Source of the DNA: Mobula hypostoma
Lineage: Eukaryota
Length of the DNA stretch: 64,000 nt
Assembly: GCF_963921235.1 (NCBI RefSeq)
Contig: NC_086097.1
Location: forward strand, 84,508,001-84,572,000
Direction: 5' to 3'
The notes under the pieces are model-generated. The model did no database searches and was not told where the DNA came from. It saw only the letters and a program-made list of their open reading frames with translations. Of this stretch, positions 1-12,880 are shown piece by piece (the stretch's first letter is position 1; the number at the start of each line of letters is the position of its first letter). Both the position numbers and the translations under genes were made by a program.

Positions 1-309
1 TCTTCTATCCATATCAGTATTTTATATCCAATCAGTTCACCTGAATGCTATTCAATGAACTTCTCCCATAATGACCTAATTTCACCCCAGAAGATATTTC
101 AAGCTTGGTTTATTTTAAAACCAATTCTGTTGAGAAATTAAATTACAACAGAAATTTCATGACTCAACTTAAATTTGTCTGTCTGGACTAACCGCATCTT
201 TGCATTATTAAACATTGTAAAAATTTCTTTTGCCTTCACACAAACCCTGCTTACAACATTGATGTTACAGACTTATTTGTGTTTACTACATGCCTATATA
301 TGGTTAAGT

Positions 310-410
310 CCAGGCAACACACACAAAATGCTGGAGGAACTCAGCACGCCAGGTAGCATCTATGGAAAAGAGTATAGTTAACATTTTGAGCTGAGACCCT
401 TCATCAGGAC
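310..410 (-). mobile_element. Penelope-derived short terminal fragment with degenerate hammerhead
   Basis: Reverse complement matches the 3' terminus of the Penelope at 21440-21572 (CTGATGAAGGGTCTC...GAGTTCCTCCAGCATTTTGTGTGTGTTG). Confidence 0.7.
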
Positions 411-1439
411 AAAGCACCTGGAAATCCCACCGGTCGAACATGTCTTAAAAACAAACACCACACTGCAGACTACTTACTTACAACTACTCAATGGCATCAG
501 ACACCACTGTGGGGGAAAGTTATTAAACATAGGGGTAAAATCTTATGAAGATATATTGGGAAATAGTCAGCTTCTCCCTTTCTGAATCATGTATATGGAT
601 TTGCTAGAAGAAGCCTCCTCATGGAAACTAGTGTCCAGTTAGTGTCCAGCCAACAGTACTCAAGGTATTGCTGCAAAGTTCATTCTTTAAACAGAACCAA
701 CAAAGAGCACTGAAATAGTTGTCATTAGATCTTCTTAATTTCAGTATATGTTGGAGCCATTTCTGGCCACCACCAAGTGTCCAGATAGCCTTGTTACATC
801 CCTTCCTTGGCCCACCTCTACAAACTCCGCCATCACCCTTGCGACAACCCTATCAATTCCAAACAGTGTCTGCAACTTGCTGGTATAACAACATGATTTT
901 ATATCACAGCTTCACCAAAGTACAAATGTCCCAGTGTGAATGATAGGAATATTATTTTTATACTGAGCTAATTTTTGTTTTACTGCTTACTTGTCTTTTA
1001 AGATGTGGTAAGTCAGCACTTTCTCTTCAGAAGACTTTGGTGAGCAGTTTTCTGCAATTGTTGCAGTTCTTTTGGCCAAGATACTCTCACCCACTGCTAA
1101 GGTGATGGTGTCTAGCATTTAAACCAAATGATGACTTGGAGAGGTGATGTCCCTGGACATCAGCTGTGCTTACCCTTTTGTAGTAAGGTCATGTCTGAGA
1201 GGTACTGGAGGAGGGGAGGAAGTGGATTGGATAGGTGGGATGAAATGCCAATCAAGTGAACAACTTTTGTCCATGGTAACAATTTGCATCCAGAACAGTT
1301 TTCATAACCAATGAATTCCCACCCTGAAGCTCATTGGCTGTCGTAGAGGGCACTGAAAATGAAAGCCTATCTTTGACATTCAAACAGTGGAGAAAGTTTG
1401 AAATAAATAAAAGTATTAAACTGCACAAGATTATATTTA

Positions 1440-1900
1440 GAAACACACAAATCCCTGAGGGATCTGGACAGGGTGGATGTGGAGATGATGCTTCTTCCTG
1501 TGGGGACACTGGAGAACCAAGGTGTAAGTTTAAAAATAAAAGATTCTCAATTCAACAACAGATTAAGGTAATGTTTTTTCTCATAGAGAAGGGGTTCCCA
1601 ACCTAGGGTCAATGGATCCCTTGCTTAATGGTATTGGTCCATGGCATAAAAGGGGTTGGGAACCCCTTTCTTAGAGGGTTGCGAGACACTAGAATTCTCT
1701 TCCTCAAAATGGCAGTGGAATCAGTGTTGTCTGTATACTTTTTTTTAAAGGCAGAGATAGGTAGATGATGGATCGCAAAGTTACCATGGGTAGCTGTGAA
1801 TTCAGAGATAAGCACACAGTTAGATCAGCATGATTTTATTGAATGAGTAAACAGGCTGGAGGAGTTGAATAGCCTGCTGCTCCTTCTAATTCATAGCTTT
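1440..1900 (+). mobile_element. Degraded CR1/HER1-like LINE 3' end, interrupted by a hAT MITE
   Basis: CR1-like 3' ORF2/UTR motifs (GGATCTGGACAGGGTGGATGTGGAG, TTCTCTTCCTCAAAATGGCAGTGG). Confidence 0.6.
1589..1668. mobile_element. 80-bp hAT (Charlie/MER58-like) MITE
   Basis: TIR AAGGGGTTCCCAACC / GGTTGGGAACCCCTT; 8-bp TSD TCATAGAG / TCTTAGAG. Confidence 0.85.
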
Positions 1901-3136
1901 GGACGGTACTCATGTCTTATTTTAATGGGTTGCTATGCTTAAACCTAACTGGGAAATTTCCATTGTCCTGGATCATATTGTCAAGGAAGCACAACACTTC
2001 AATCTGCACTCTGTATATTCTGCAAAATCGCTCAGTCTAGGGCTTAAATGCCTAGAGATCTGCTGGCTTCCAAGTGAAAGGTCTGCACAATATGCTGTTT
2101 AAAATTAAGTGTTTCTTTCAGAGTGTTTTTGTTCCATTGAGGTTGTTTGATAAACCATGCTTTGATTGTTGCTTGAGTTTTAACAATCCTTACACCTTAT
2201 TTTAGTACAGCTATGTGTTCACATAATTTTCAATTAGAAACATTAAGGAATAAAATGCAAATAGCAAGGTGAGATTCTCAAAACTATGAGTGATTCGATA
2301 CACCTTAAAAGAAATTAAAATGGCAATCTTAAATCATTATTAGATCTGATGTGGTAGGCAGCAAGTTGTTCCTTACAAGACTGGCTATCAGGACATCCAA
2401 AGCATTTTGGGATTAATTGTCTTCTATTAGTCACAACTGAGTAAGTGTGCTTGAAGACCAAATGAAAAATTGGAGAGACTGGCCACATTGCACCACAAGT
2501 ACAAGATATGAATTAATATTAAATATTCAAACTGTTCCGGGTAATATCTATCTTCTCAGATCCAAGGCCAGGATTAAACAAATAGAGGGCCTTGGATCTT
2601 TCCCACGTGCAATTTATCCTTGCATGTTATTGCAGCAAATTTTAAATTGTACATTGAGCACTAATGATAAATCTACATCTTCAGTTTTGAGAGCTTCAAT
2701 TATACTGCAAGTTTTGGTTGATTGGTTAGGCCACCTCTGCACTACAATGGACATACCTTTGACTGTGTCTTTGTTTTCTTGCACACTTTTTTTCCCTCAG
2801 TCTCATCACTGTCTTGTATAAGTCATGTCTAATTTATATTGTGTGCGCTGCCTATACCTGCGTACCTGTGATGCACGCAGTTTTATACTGTGCCAATATC
2901 CTACTGTGCTTGTATACATGACGATAAACCCAGCTTAAATGACAGAAGAGCATAATCCACGGGTCTGAAATGAATTTCTGATTCCTCGTCATTTTTTTCT
3001 CACTCCACCCCAACCTCAGCACTGGGGACAACTTTGATTGTACAAGAATCAAATCATAATGTTGATCAGGGATTGACAGGACACAAATAAATAATACATA
3101 TTTAAAACTTGAAATATTGGGAACGCTAGACTTGCC

Positions 3137-3377
3137 GGCAGCATGGTGGCATAGTGCAATGCTTTACAGCGCTAGTTGTAAGATCAAGATTCCCTCCGTC
3201 ATCTATAATGTGTTTGTATGTTCTCCCTGTGACTGTGTGGGTTCCAACAGGTACTCTGGTTTCCTCCAACATTTCAACGACATACAGTTAGGGTAGAGTG
3301 GTGATGCTGGCACCAGAAATATGCCAGCACTTGCAGGCTGCCCAGAACAATCCTTGCTGATTTGATTTGATGCAAAT
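3137..3377 (+). mobile_element. tRNA-derived V-SINE (HE1-like); its tail resumes at about 4115-4165 after a Rex insertion
   Basis: tRNA-like head GGCAGCATGGTGGCATAGTG; V-domain-like TGTTCTCCCTGTGACTGTGTGGGTT...CTCTGGTTTCCTCC. Confidence 0.7.
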
Positions 3378-4110
3378 GAATTGAATTGAATTGACGTTAT
3401 TACTTACATCCTTCAAATACATGAGGAGTAAAAATCTTTATGTTACGTCTCCATCTAAATATGCAATGTGTAAGTATAGTAATTTATAATAAATATTAAC
3501 TACAACAGGATAGTCAATATAACATAGAAATACAGTTGTGTCAGCATGAATTAAGCAGTCTGATGGCCTGGAAGAAGTTGTCATGGAGCCTGTTGGTCCT
3601 GGCTTTTATGCTGCGGTACCGCTTCCTGGACGGTAGCAGCTGGAACAGTTTGTGGTTGGGGTGACTCGGGTCCTTAATGATCCTTTGGGCCCTTTTTACA
3701 CACCTGTCTTTGTAAATGTCTTGAATAGTGGGAAGTTCACATCTACAAATGTGCTGGGCTGTCCGCACCACTCTCAGCAGAGTCCTGCGATTGAGGGGAG
3801 TACAGTTCCCATAACAGGTAGTGATGCAGCCAGTCAGCTGTTGTGCTTTTGTCACCACACAGCTGGTATGTACAGACCACGTGAGATCCTTGGTGATGTT
3901 TATGTCGAGGAACTTAAAGCTGCTCACCTTCTCAACCCCAGATCCATTGATGTCAACAGGGGTTATCCTATCTCCATTCCTCCTGTAATCCACAACCAGC
4001 TCCTTTGTTTTTGCGATGTTGAGGGAGAGGTTGTATGCTTGACACCATTCTGCCAGGGTGATGACTTCTTCTCTGTAAACTGCCTCATTATTGAGATTAG
4101 GCCAACCAGT
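3378..4110 (-). mobile_element. Rex1/Babar-type LINE, 5'-truncated (RT C-terminal part, 3'UTR, (TTCAA)n tail)
   Basis: ORF 3541-4146 contains NLSLNIAKTKELVVDYRR, DLTWSVH, HKLFQLLPSRKRYRSI; pentamer tail at 3378-3395. Confidence 0.85.
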
Positions 4111-5299
4111 GTAGCGACACATTTCACTGTATGTTTCGATGTACATGTGACAAATAAAGCTAATTGATCGGTTAGTTAATCAGACTATGGCCTACCATGA
4201 TCCTCATATACCTTCTCTCCCTGGTGTGAAGGTCGATTGACCTGAACGCTTTCAATGGTTGATCATCTACAGCCCTCAGAGGCAGACAATTCCAAACCAG
4301 ACCTCTGTCTTACATGGGCATCACCTCTCCTGGGATCCTTTATTCTTGACTTTTCAATTATAGGAAACATCCTTTCAGCACTCATTCAATCAATCCCTCT
4401 CAACATTTTGAACTTGATCAGCTTTTCATCTTCTAAACTCCCTCTCCTTGAGTCAACCTCCATCCCAGAAGCCAATGCAGTGAACTGATGCTGACCTCCA
4501 AGGCAAGCATACCCTTTCAATGTTCACAATAAACAGCATGTGTAGCTTTAGGGAAGAGGTCAGAAGTAAAGAAACATCGCGTGTGTGGAGGTGGCTGGTG
4601 CACTCTGCTTGAGAAGAAAGCTGAGGTAGACCTCATCACACTGACTAAGTACTGGATGAGTAGAGAATCCACATTGCTATAGAAGTAGGCTGGATATTTC
4701 TTGTCAGCTGACTAATCTACTTTTGCATTGCGAAATGTGAGACACTCATATCCAAATTTGGAGGTAGCGCCATGTTAGTTGTGTTACATCTGAGTGCTAT
4801 GAACAGAAGGGTTACAGATTAATGTTGGTGCTGACAACTTGGTTGTAAGTTAAAGTTTGACTCAGACCGATGTGCTTTTAATTGTTATACAAGAGAAACA
4901 AAAGAGAAGCCCTCTTTACCGGAGGTGGATGCATTCAGAATTGCAAGGTCCTGGACTTAGCTATATTTCTGACAAGTTTCCAAGAAATCTGGGAAGGATG
5001 GAATCTGGAAAAATGATCCACTTCCCAACACTGTCAACCCTTGCCCTAACAAAAGTGCACATGTGAAAAAATGAAGATGATTATGTGAGAAATAATTTGG
5101 CAAGAGCAATATGCATTTGAAACTGTCACAAACAAAAAAAATTGACTGGAAGTTTTATTTAACTTGCACAGGAACCCAGAGACTCTGAGACATTTGGTCT
5201 CTAGCAAAATCAACACTCAGTGGAATTGGAATATTATCCTCACATCTATTGTGAGACCGTGGAAAATCTGAGTTTTGCAAGCCACCCATACAAATTAAA

Positions 5300-5610
5300 T
5301 TCAAAAGTACGAAGTCCAAAGTAAATGTACATCACCATATAAATCCCTGAGATTTATTTTCTTGCAGGCATACTCAATAAATCCATAATAGAATAATAAC
5401 CGTAACAACAAATAATAACAGTAATTATTAATAATAATAATAATAAAAGCAATAAATATTGAGAACATGAGATGAAAAGTCCTTGAAAGTGAGACCGTAG
5501 GTTGTGTGGACATTTCAGTGACGGGGCAAGTGAAGTTGTGTGACATTTATCCTCTTTGGCTCAAGACCCTGATGGCTGAGGGGTGATAACTATTCCTGTA
5601 CCTGGTGGTT
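5300..5610 (-). mobile_element. Rex1-like LINE 3'UTR fragment
   Basis: Same 3' end as the copies at 29205, 50040 and 56013 (TTCAAAGT...AATTTATT, GAGAACATGAGATGAA). Confidence 0.6.
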
Positions 5611-5743
5611 CATCACTGCTTTGAGGAAGGACAAAGGAAAAAACAATAATGAAATGCTGAATAGAATGTAACAGTTACAAGCGAAGTGCATTGCAGGTAG
5701 AAATAAGGCGCATTGGACATGATGAGGGAGACTGAAGTCCTAC

Positions 5744-8700
5744 CCACCCTTGGCTACGAAAACTTGTAAGGAAAAGATACCCCCTGAGTCAGTGAGAGCG
5801 GGGGTGGAAGATGACTTATCGGTAGACAAGCCGGCAACTGATACAGGAACGGAACAGACAATGAGTCGGATGATCAGCATACCTGAGGCTGCAGCAGCTG
5901 CAGTAGGAGACACGCTCCAGAGTTGCGTGTGTGGCTGGGCAAAGGTTACTTCCACTACAGGCCTGAAAATACATCAGGGCAGGAAAGGATGCCTGAAGAA
6001 GGGACAACAGGGACCTCGCATCGACAGCTATTTTTTGAGAAGCAGGTCGAGTCAGTCGACTGAAGTTCAGCTGCAGGACAAAACCCAAAGTGTGCAGGAC
6101 ATCAATACCCCTGTCCCAGTGGAGGAAGAGCAAGGCACAGGAGAGCAACCCGAACGAAGCCCATTATGACCTGCAACGGAAAAGAAGATCCAGGGGCGAA
6201 AGCTGTTGATCAAGTGGCCAAAATCCTGCGAGAAGACAATGTGGGAGGGGGTCAGTGCTGACCTCTCCAACATCTTAGAGATGCTCAGAGGCACCACGAT
6301 GGAGGAGTTGGAAAGAATGGGGGAATTAATCTATAGATATGGAGCGGAACATTTTGCAGTGCTGGAGAGGAAGAAAACTACATCGATGATCCCCACTAAG
6401 TCCAGGAGGCAGAAGGAAATAGATCGTCTAGTCAGAGAGAGGAGGCAGCTGAAGAAACAATGGAGGAAGGCCACAGAGGAGGAGAAGGAAGGCGTAAACC
6501 TGTTGCAAGCAGACATCCGGAGCAGACTCGCGACACTGAGGAGAGCTGAGAACCTGGTAAGGAAGTGCAGGAAGAAGGAACGGACAAGAACAAGCTTCTA
6601 TAAAGATCCCTTCAAGTTTGTGAAGGGTCTCTTTACAGGGGAGAAGAGTGGAAGTCTCTCAGTGTCAAAGGCAGAACTGGAAAAATACCTGGAAAAGTTA
6701 TACACAGACCACCGATGCCACGAAGATATCACACTCCCACCTGACGTGCCACCAATCCATCCACCGGAACACCAACTAGATATCAGCCCACCTAGATGGA
6801 GTGAGGTGGAGAACATTGTGCATAGAGCAAGGGCCGCATCAGCCCCAGGTCCCAATGGAGTTTCATACAGACTCTACAAAAATTCACCAGGTGTCCTGCG
6901 GTTCCTCTGGCGGCTCATGAAGGTGGTATGGCGTAAGCAGGAGATACCAACATCCTGGCAGAGAGCTGGAGGAATCCTGCTCCCAAAGGAAAAGGGTTCA
7001 TCAGAAATCGTCCAATTCCGCCAGATTAGTCTCCTAAACGTCGAGGGCAAAATCTTCTTTAGTGTGGTGGCTCATAGGCTGTCAAGATATCTGCAAAGAA
7101 ACCATCTGATTGATACATCAATCCAGAAATCAGGGATCTCGGGCTTCTCTGGCTGTCTGGAACACGCTTGCACCATCTGGCATCAGATCCAGATCACCAA
7201 GGAGAAGGGAACAGATCTTCACGTGGTGTTCCTGGACCTCACCAACGCCTTTGGCTCAGTCCCTCATAACCTCCTCTGGATTGCTTTCAACTTCTTCAGG
7301 GTTCCAGTGGCCTTCACAAGCCTCGTTAAGGCCTACTTCTAGGATGTGCAGCAATGTTTGACAACAGCAGATTACGCCACAGTGTGGCTACATCTGGAAG
7401 TGGGAATCAGGGCCGGTTGTACCATCTCCCTGCTAGCCTTCACCAAGGCCATGGAGGTGATCATTAGAGCATGTCGATGGGTGGTTGAAGGACAGCGCGT
7501 AAGACCTGGCCTGAGGTTGCCGCCTATCAGAGCATACATGGATGATCTCACAACACTCTCCACGACCAAGGCTTGTACTGTACACCTGCTGAGAAAGCTT
7601 CAAGAGAATATCGAGCAGGTTCAGCTGACGATCAAGCCGAGCAAGTCCGGAAGCATCTCTATCGTCAAGGGGAATCTGGTAGACTAACTCCTCTACATGG
7701 GCGATCAGATGATTCCAACAGTCTTTGAGAAGCCTGTGAAGAGCCTAGGTCAGTGGTATAACGCATCCCTCAAAGACACAGAGCAGGTAGGTCAGCTCAG
7801 GAAGGATGCCGTCAGTGGCCTCGAGAGCATCGGCAGAACCACACCCTCTGGCAAGTTGAAGCTCTGGTGTATGCAATTTGGGCTCCTTCCATGCCTCATG
7901 TGGCCATTAACCCTGTGTGAAGTTCCAACCTTGAAGGTGGAAAAGCTGGAGAGACTGATCGGCTCATATGTAAGGAAGTGGCTTGGTTTTCCCAGGAGCC
8001 TCAGCAGCATAGGGCTCTACGGCAAGGGAATCCTAGAGCTACCCATTTCCAGTCTTTCAGAGGTGTACAAGAGCGCCAAAGTAAGTCAGAGATGATGTTA
8101 ACAGAGGCGAGTGATCCATCTGTAGCACAAGCTGCCCACGTCCTGGATACTGGGAGGAAATGGACTCCATCAGAAGCAGCCGAGCAAGCAAAGGCGGCTC
8201 TCAAGCACAGGGACATCGTGGGCCGAGTGCAGCACGGGAGGAGCGGTCTTGGCCTTGGGGACAGTACACCAGCCTGGAGCAAGGCTGCTCCGTCTCAGAG
8301 GCACAGGCTCGTGATGCAGGAGATACGTCGGCAGTAGGAGGCAGCAAGGTGCGCAAAGGCCATTGCTCAGGCAAGGCAAGGGCAATGGATGAGATGGGAG
8401 GGAGTGGAGAAAAGAAAGATCTTCTGGAAAGAGCTGTGGGAGATGGGGACATTCAGAGCGAGCTTCACCATCAGGGCTGCCTACGATGTCTTGCCGTCTC
8501 CCATGAATCTCAGCCAGTGGTATGGAGAGGACCCCACATGCTCCCTCTGCCCGACTTCAGCAACACTAAAACACATGCCGGTGGGCTGCAAGACCAGCCT
8601 TACTTAAGGCCGATACACCTGGTGGCACAACCAGGTGCTAGGGTGTCTTGCAGTGGTGCTGGAAAGTCGGCGGATGAGCGTCAGCGCTCTCCCTCCCCCT

Positions 8701-9463
8701 TCATCCTGCTGGCCATTAACAGCATTTGTCCGGGAAGGTGAGGGTCAAGCCAGACTCAATACATCGAGACCAGACACCGGGCGGCTAGGCGGGGCACGTG
8801 ATTGGAAGATGGTGGCAGACTTAGGCCAGAGGCTCTGTTTCCCAACTGAAATCACGGAAACCAACCTCAGACCAGACCTTGTGCCTCGCTCCATCTCGTT
8901 TACATCATTGAGCTTACAGTGCCCTGGGAGGATGCAGTGGAGGAGGTCTACGAGCGCAAGAAGCTGAGGTACACTGAGCTTACAGTGCCCTGGGAGGATG
9001 CAGTGGAGGAGGCCCACGAGCGCAAGAAGCTGAGGTATACTGAGCGTACTGCCGATGTGCAACAACGTGGCTGGAAAGCAAGGGTCTGACAGGTCGAAGT
9101 AGGCTGCAGAGGATTTGTAGCCACATCAACATCAAGGCTACTCCGGGAGTTGTGAGTGCGAGGAAAGACACACTGACAGGCAGTCAAAGATCTCTCCAGA
9201 GCTGCTGTAAAGGGTAGTCAGTGGCTCTGGATGAAGAGAAAGGATTCCATCTGGGCCCCCAAGTGAGTGAAAGGCATCTGGGGGTGAGCCCAGGACGCCA
9301 GGATTCACTGCTGAACCCTCCGGAGGTGTCGTGGGCCTATCAGCGAAACACTGAGGAAAGAGGGCGCCCACTTGATAGCCCAGAAGATGCCACCACTCCC
9401 TTGGCCACCCCACAGAGTCTAGGCAGCATTCCTCAGGAGTGCAAATAAGGGATATTAACATCT
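5744..9463 (+). mobile_element. Near full-length HERO-like non-LTR retrotransposon with restriction-like endonuclease (RLE)
   Basis: N-terminal zinc finger CVCG...GLKIHQGRKGC; RT motifs PGPNG, FRQISLLNVEGKIF, VFLDLTNAFGSVPH, AYMDD; CCHC motif CSLC...LKHMPVGC; RLE motif RPDLV...IIELTVPWE...ERKKLRY; flanked by the direct repeat AGTCCTAC (5736-5743 and 9464-9471). Confidence 0.9.
5750..9266 (+). pseudogene. Disrupted single ORF (zinc finger-RT-CCHC-RLE) of the HERO-like element
   Basis: Consecutive ORF pieces at 5750, 6206, 7346, 7697, 8389 and 8635, separated by stops and frameshifts; ends WLWMKRKDSIWAPK*. Confidence 0.85.
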
Positions 9464-10038
9464 AGTCCTACAAACATTCAAGAAGTCCATTCAAGGGACC
9501 TAACAGCAGGATAGAAGCTGCCCTTGAACTGGGAGGTACGTGTTTTCAAGCTTTTGCATTTTCTGCCCAATCAAAGGGGGGAGAAAGAGAATATCTGGAG
9601 TGGAGGGTTTTTTTTGATTAGGTCCACATCTATTTTAATGCTGACAAAACAACCCGATAGAAGATTTCAAAGTGGAGTCACAGAAAAGCAGGGGTAAGGA
9701 ATTCCACACACATTCTTCCCATTTTAAAATAAGTTTCTCTTCCAGACTTAAATCCAAGACATACTGGCATGCACTCTCCTCCGCCTGGGATATCAACGTC
9801 ACTCCATAAATTCACTGCAAGAAGCATGCCAATGTTTTTCTCAACACTCCCAGCTTTAGAAAAGGAATTGAGGTTGACAGTTTCATAGAAGGCAGTTGCA
9901 TCTTCCATAACTTTAAAACTGTCAGAGAAGGACCTTCGGTATGCTGTTCCAACTCCGACGCACAAAAACGTGGCCAATTTGTAGGAAGCAATGCCTCCCG
10001 AACAACAATACATTTGTGACCAGGTACTCAGTTTCATT

Positions 10039-10302
10039 TGTCACGTACCCCATGACGGGTTAAAGAACCAGCAGAAATAGAAAACACTTTGGAGTCCAGT
10101 ATTGCTATTAACTAATAGTATTTATTAGTAACTACGCAATACAGTAATATAAATGCAGATATATCAAACAGGTTAGCAATGATTATGTATAAGTAAGTGT
10201 GGAAATGTATGAAAACCAAGCTTCTTCAAGTCTAGGGATAAATAGATAGTCTTACAATGACGAGTAAAGTTCAGTTCAGTTCATGGTATCGAGTTGAGTA
10301 GT

Positions 10303-10364
<62 letters not shown>

Positions 10365-10904
10365 AGTCATCAGGTGAGTTGATGCCATCGATCTTCCTGT
10401 TGTCCTCCAAAATCCTTTAGAAGTCACTGACTGTTCTGCTGTAGTGGAATTATGAACCCAGGTGAGGATTGGACACAAGCAACTCCCCACGGTCACTTCC
10501 TTTTCACACTGCAAGAGCCACTGATCGATCCGCCTGATCCATCCTCCAAAACCCACTTTTTCTGTGGGCACAAAAAAGCTCATTCAGTGTCCAAAACCAT
10601 GTGTCTCAGGTCTACCATCTGACCATCTATTTATCTCACCGTGCTGAATTCTAGCTGTCCATCAAGCAGTTCCTTCCTTCTCTGTCTGTAAGAATTTCCA
10701 AGCAGGCAGCATCCTTGTAGAAATGTCAACATGCTGCAGAAAACCCATAACATCATCCAAAGCTATCTTCGTCTCTCTCGCTCTTAAAAACAAAATGTCG
10801 GTGTTAAATATCTCTCTCTTTTTAACAAGGTGTTTGTGTTGGGCACCTCTCTCTCTCTCTTTTCAAAAGCACAGTTCATAGGGGTAATTCAGGACCCCGT
10901 CACA
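10039..10904 (-). mobile_element. Solo LTR (Gypsy-type, 866 bp)
   Basis: TGTCACG...CGTCACA termini; exact 4-bp TSD CATT (10035-10038, 10905-10908); strand inferred from a minus-strand AATAAA near the left end. Confidence 0.85.
10307..10360. repeat. (GA)27 microsatellite inside the solo LTR
   Basis: Perfect dinucleotide run. Confidence 0.95.
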
Positions 10905-11614
10905 CATTGATGTCAGTTGATCAGGCTGAAAGAAAAACTTCTCTCTCTTCAAGGTCACCTTGTAAACCCTAACATCTAGAGAGGGTTTTGGCTTAATCTC
11001 TCAATTGAAAGACTGTTAAGAGATTGTTCAGTGCTCAAAAGGTACTTTCAGGCAGGATTGCATTGTGTTATCCACCATATCTATGTTGGAATGTTCTTGC
11101 ACGTATGAGGTTCAATGTGTCCTTCACATCTGCAGGCACAAAATAGTTTTCCTTCCAACCGCTCCAGGTGGCAAAGCTGCCAGAATAAACCAGCGGTACT
11201 AGGGGAGAGTTCGGCAGGGCAAGCAAGTGGGGAAATTCTGAAAGAAATGGAAAATGCTGGAAACACTCGGCAGGTCAGGTGGCATCAGAGGATAGAGAAA
11301 TAGGATCCAGGACTTCAAATATTACTCTTTCCGTAGTTTGCAAAGGGCATCAAGGACGTCAGGGGAAGGGGCAGCGTGGGTTGGATGTGATAAGGCATTA
11401 TGGGATGACAGCAAAAGGGTTTGGTCTGAGGCAGAGCAAGATCTCTTATAGCACAAATAGTTGGAAGCAAGCACAAAGTGAAGAGGATGATGTCACTGCA
11501 AAAGTCAGGTGTGATTGCACCCCTTTCCAATTAAAGACAAAACAGTCTTTAATTCTCTAGCTAAGGCGTTCTCCACTGGACGCAATTTCAAATGTGCAAA
11601 CTCATTTTGCACGA

Positions 11615-12880
11615 GTAGATACTTTACTAATCCCAAAGAAAATTACAGTGTCACAGTAGCATTCCATGTGCACAGATATACAAATATTAGAAGAGAAGTA
11701 AGAAAGAATAAAAAGCAGTCTAACAGGAGGGGATCATCACTTCTCCAGATAAAGGTTGAGTCATTATAGAGCTTAATGGCGGGGGGGGGGGGGTAAAATG
11801 ACCTCATATAGCACTCTCTGGAGCAGTGCAGTTGGCTTAGTCTATTACTAAAAGTGCTTCTCTGTTCAACCAAGGTGGCATACAGAGGGTTGGAAACATT
11901 GTCCAGAATTGCCAAGATTTTCCAGAGGGTCCTTTGTTCTACCACAGCTTCCAGAGTGTCAAGTTTGACTCCTATTGGAGAGCCAGCCATTCTAATCAGT
12001 TTATTGAGCTTGTTGGCATCACCCGTGTTGATACCATTGTCCCAACACACCACCACATAGAAGATTGTACTGATGACAACAGACTGGTAGAACATGTGAA
12101 GGAGAGGACCTCAGTCTCCTTAGGAAGTAGAGGCAACTCTAGCCCTTCTTGTACACAGCCTCTGTGTTGATGCTCCACTCAAGTCCGTCAACCGGGTGCA
12201 CCCCCAGGTACTTGTAGGTCCTCACAACATCCACGTTCTCATCATCAATAGTAACAGGGAGCAGTGCAGGTTTAGTCTCCCTAAGGTCCATCACCATCTC
12301 CTTTGTCTTACTGATGTTGAGCTGCAGTTGATTCAGCTTGCACTATTTGACCAAATACTCTACCAGGGCCCTATAGTCATCCTCCCATCCTCCCTTTATA
12401 CACCCAACTATTGCTGGGTCATCAGAGAATTTCTGCAGCTGACATGACTCAGTGTTGTATCTGAAGTCCAAGGTATACAGGATAAACAGGAAGGGAGCCA
12501 ATACAGTCCCCTGCGGGACCCAGTGCTGCTTATAGCCATGTCTGACACACAGCTCTGAAGCCGTACAAACTGTGGTCTGCCAGTCAGGTAGTCTGATACC
12601 CTGGATACAATGGAAGTGCCAACCTGCATTGAATGGAGCTTTTCCCCCAGCAGTGAGGGGCTGTATGGTATTGAAGACACTTGAGAAATCAAAAAACATG
12701 ATCCTCACAGTGGTGCCCTGCTTATCCAAATGGGAGTCGGCTTTGTTCAGCAGGTAGGTGACAGCATTGGCAATTCCAGCATGCTCCTAGTAGGCAAACT
12801 GCAGGGGATCGAGGGCTAATCTGACCAGGGGTCTGAGGGGAGCCAGGACCAGCCTGGTCAAGGTCACTGGACGGTAGTCA
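11615..12880 (-). mobile_element. Rex1/Babar-type LINE fragment covering RT, frameshifted
   Basis: VRIMFFDFSSVFNTIQP, PQGTVLAPFLFILYTLDF, LQKFSDD, FYQSVV...YVVVCW. Confidence 0.9.

Larger units (their letters stand above)
9960..11045 (-). mobile_element. Old SacSINE1/DeuSINE-like relic split by a solo LTR
   Basis: GGCCAATTTGTAGGAAGCAATG...TGACCAGG before the LTR and GGCTTAATCTCTCAATTGAAAGAC after it resemble the recalled Deu-domain SINE consensus. Confidence 0.45.

Noticed and set aside
9678..10037. 119-aa minus-strand ORF
   Set aside because: No recognisable domain; it partly overlaps a SINE relic, and the plus-strand exon-like reading has stops in all three frames.
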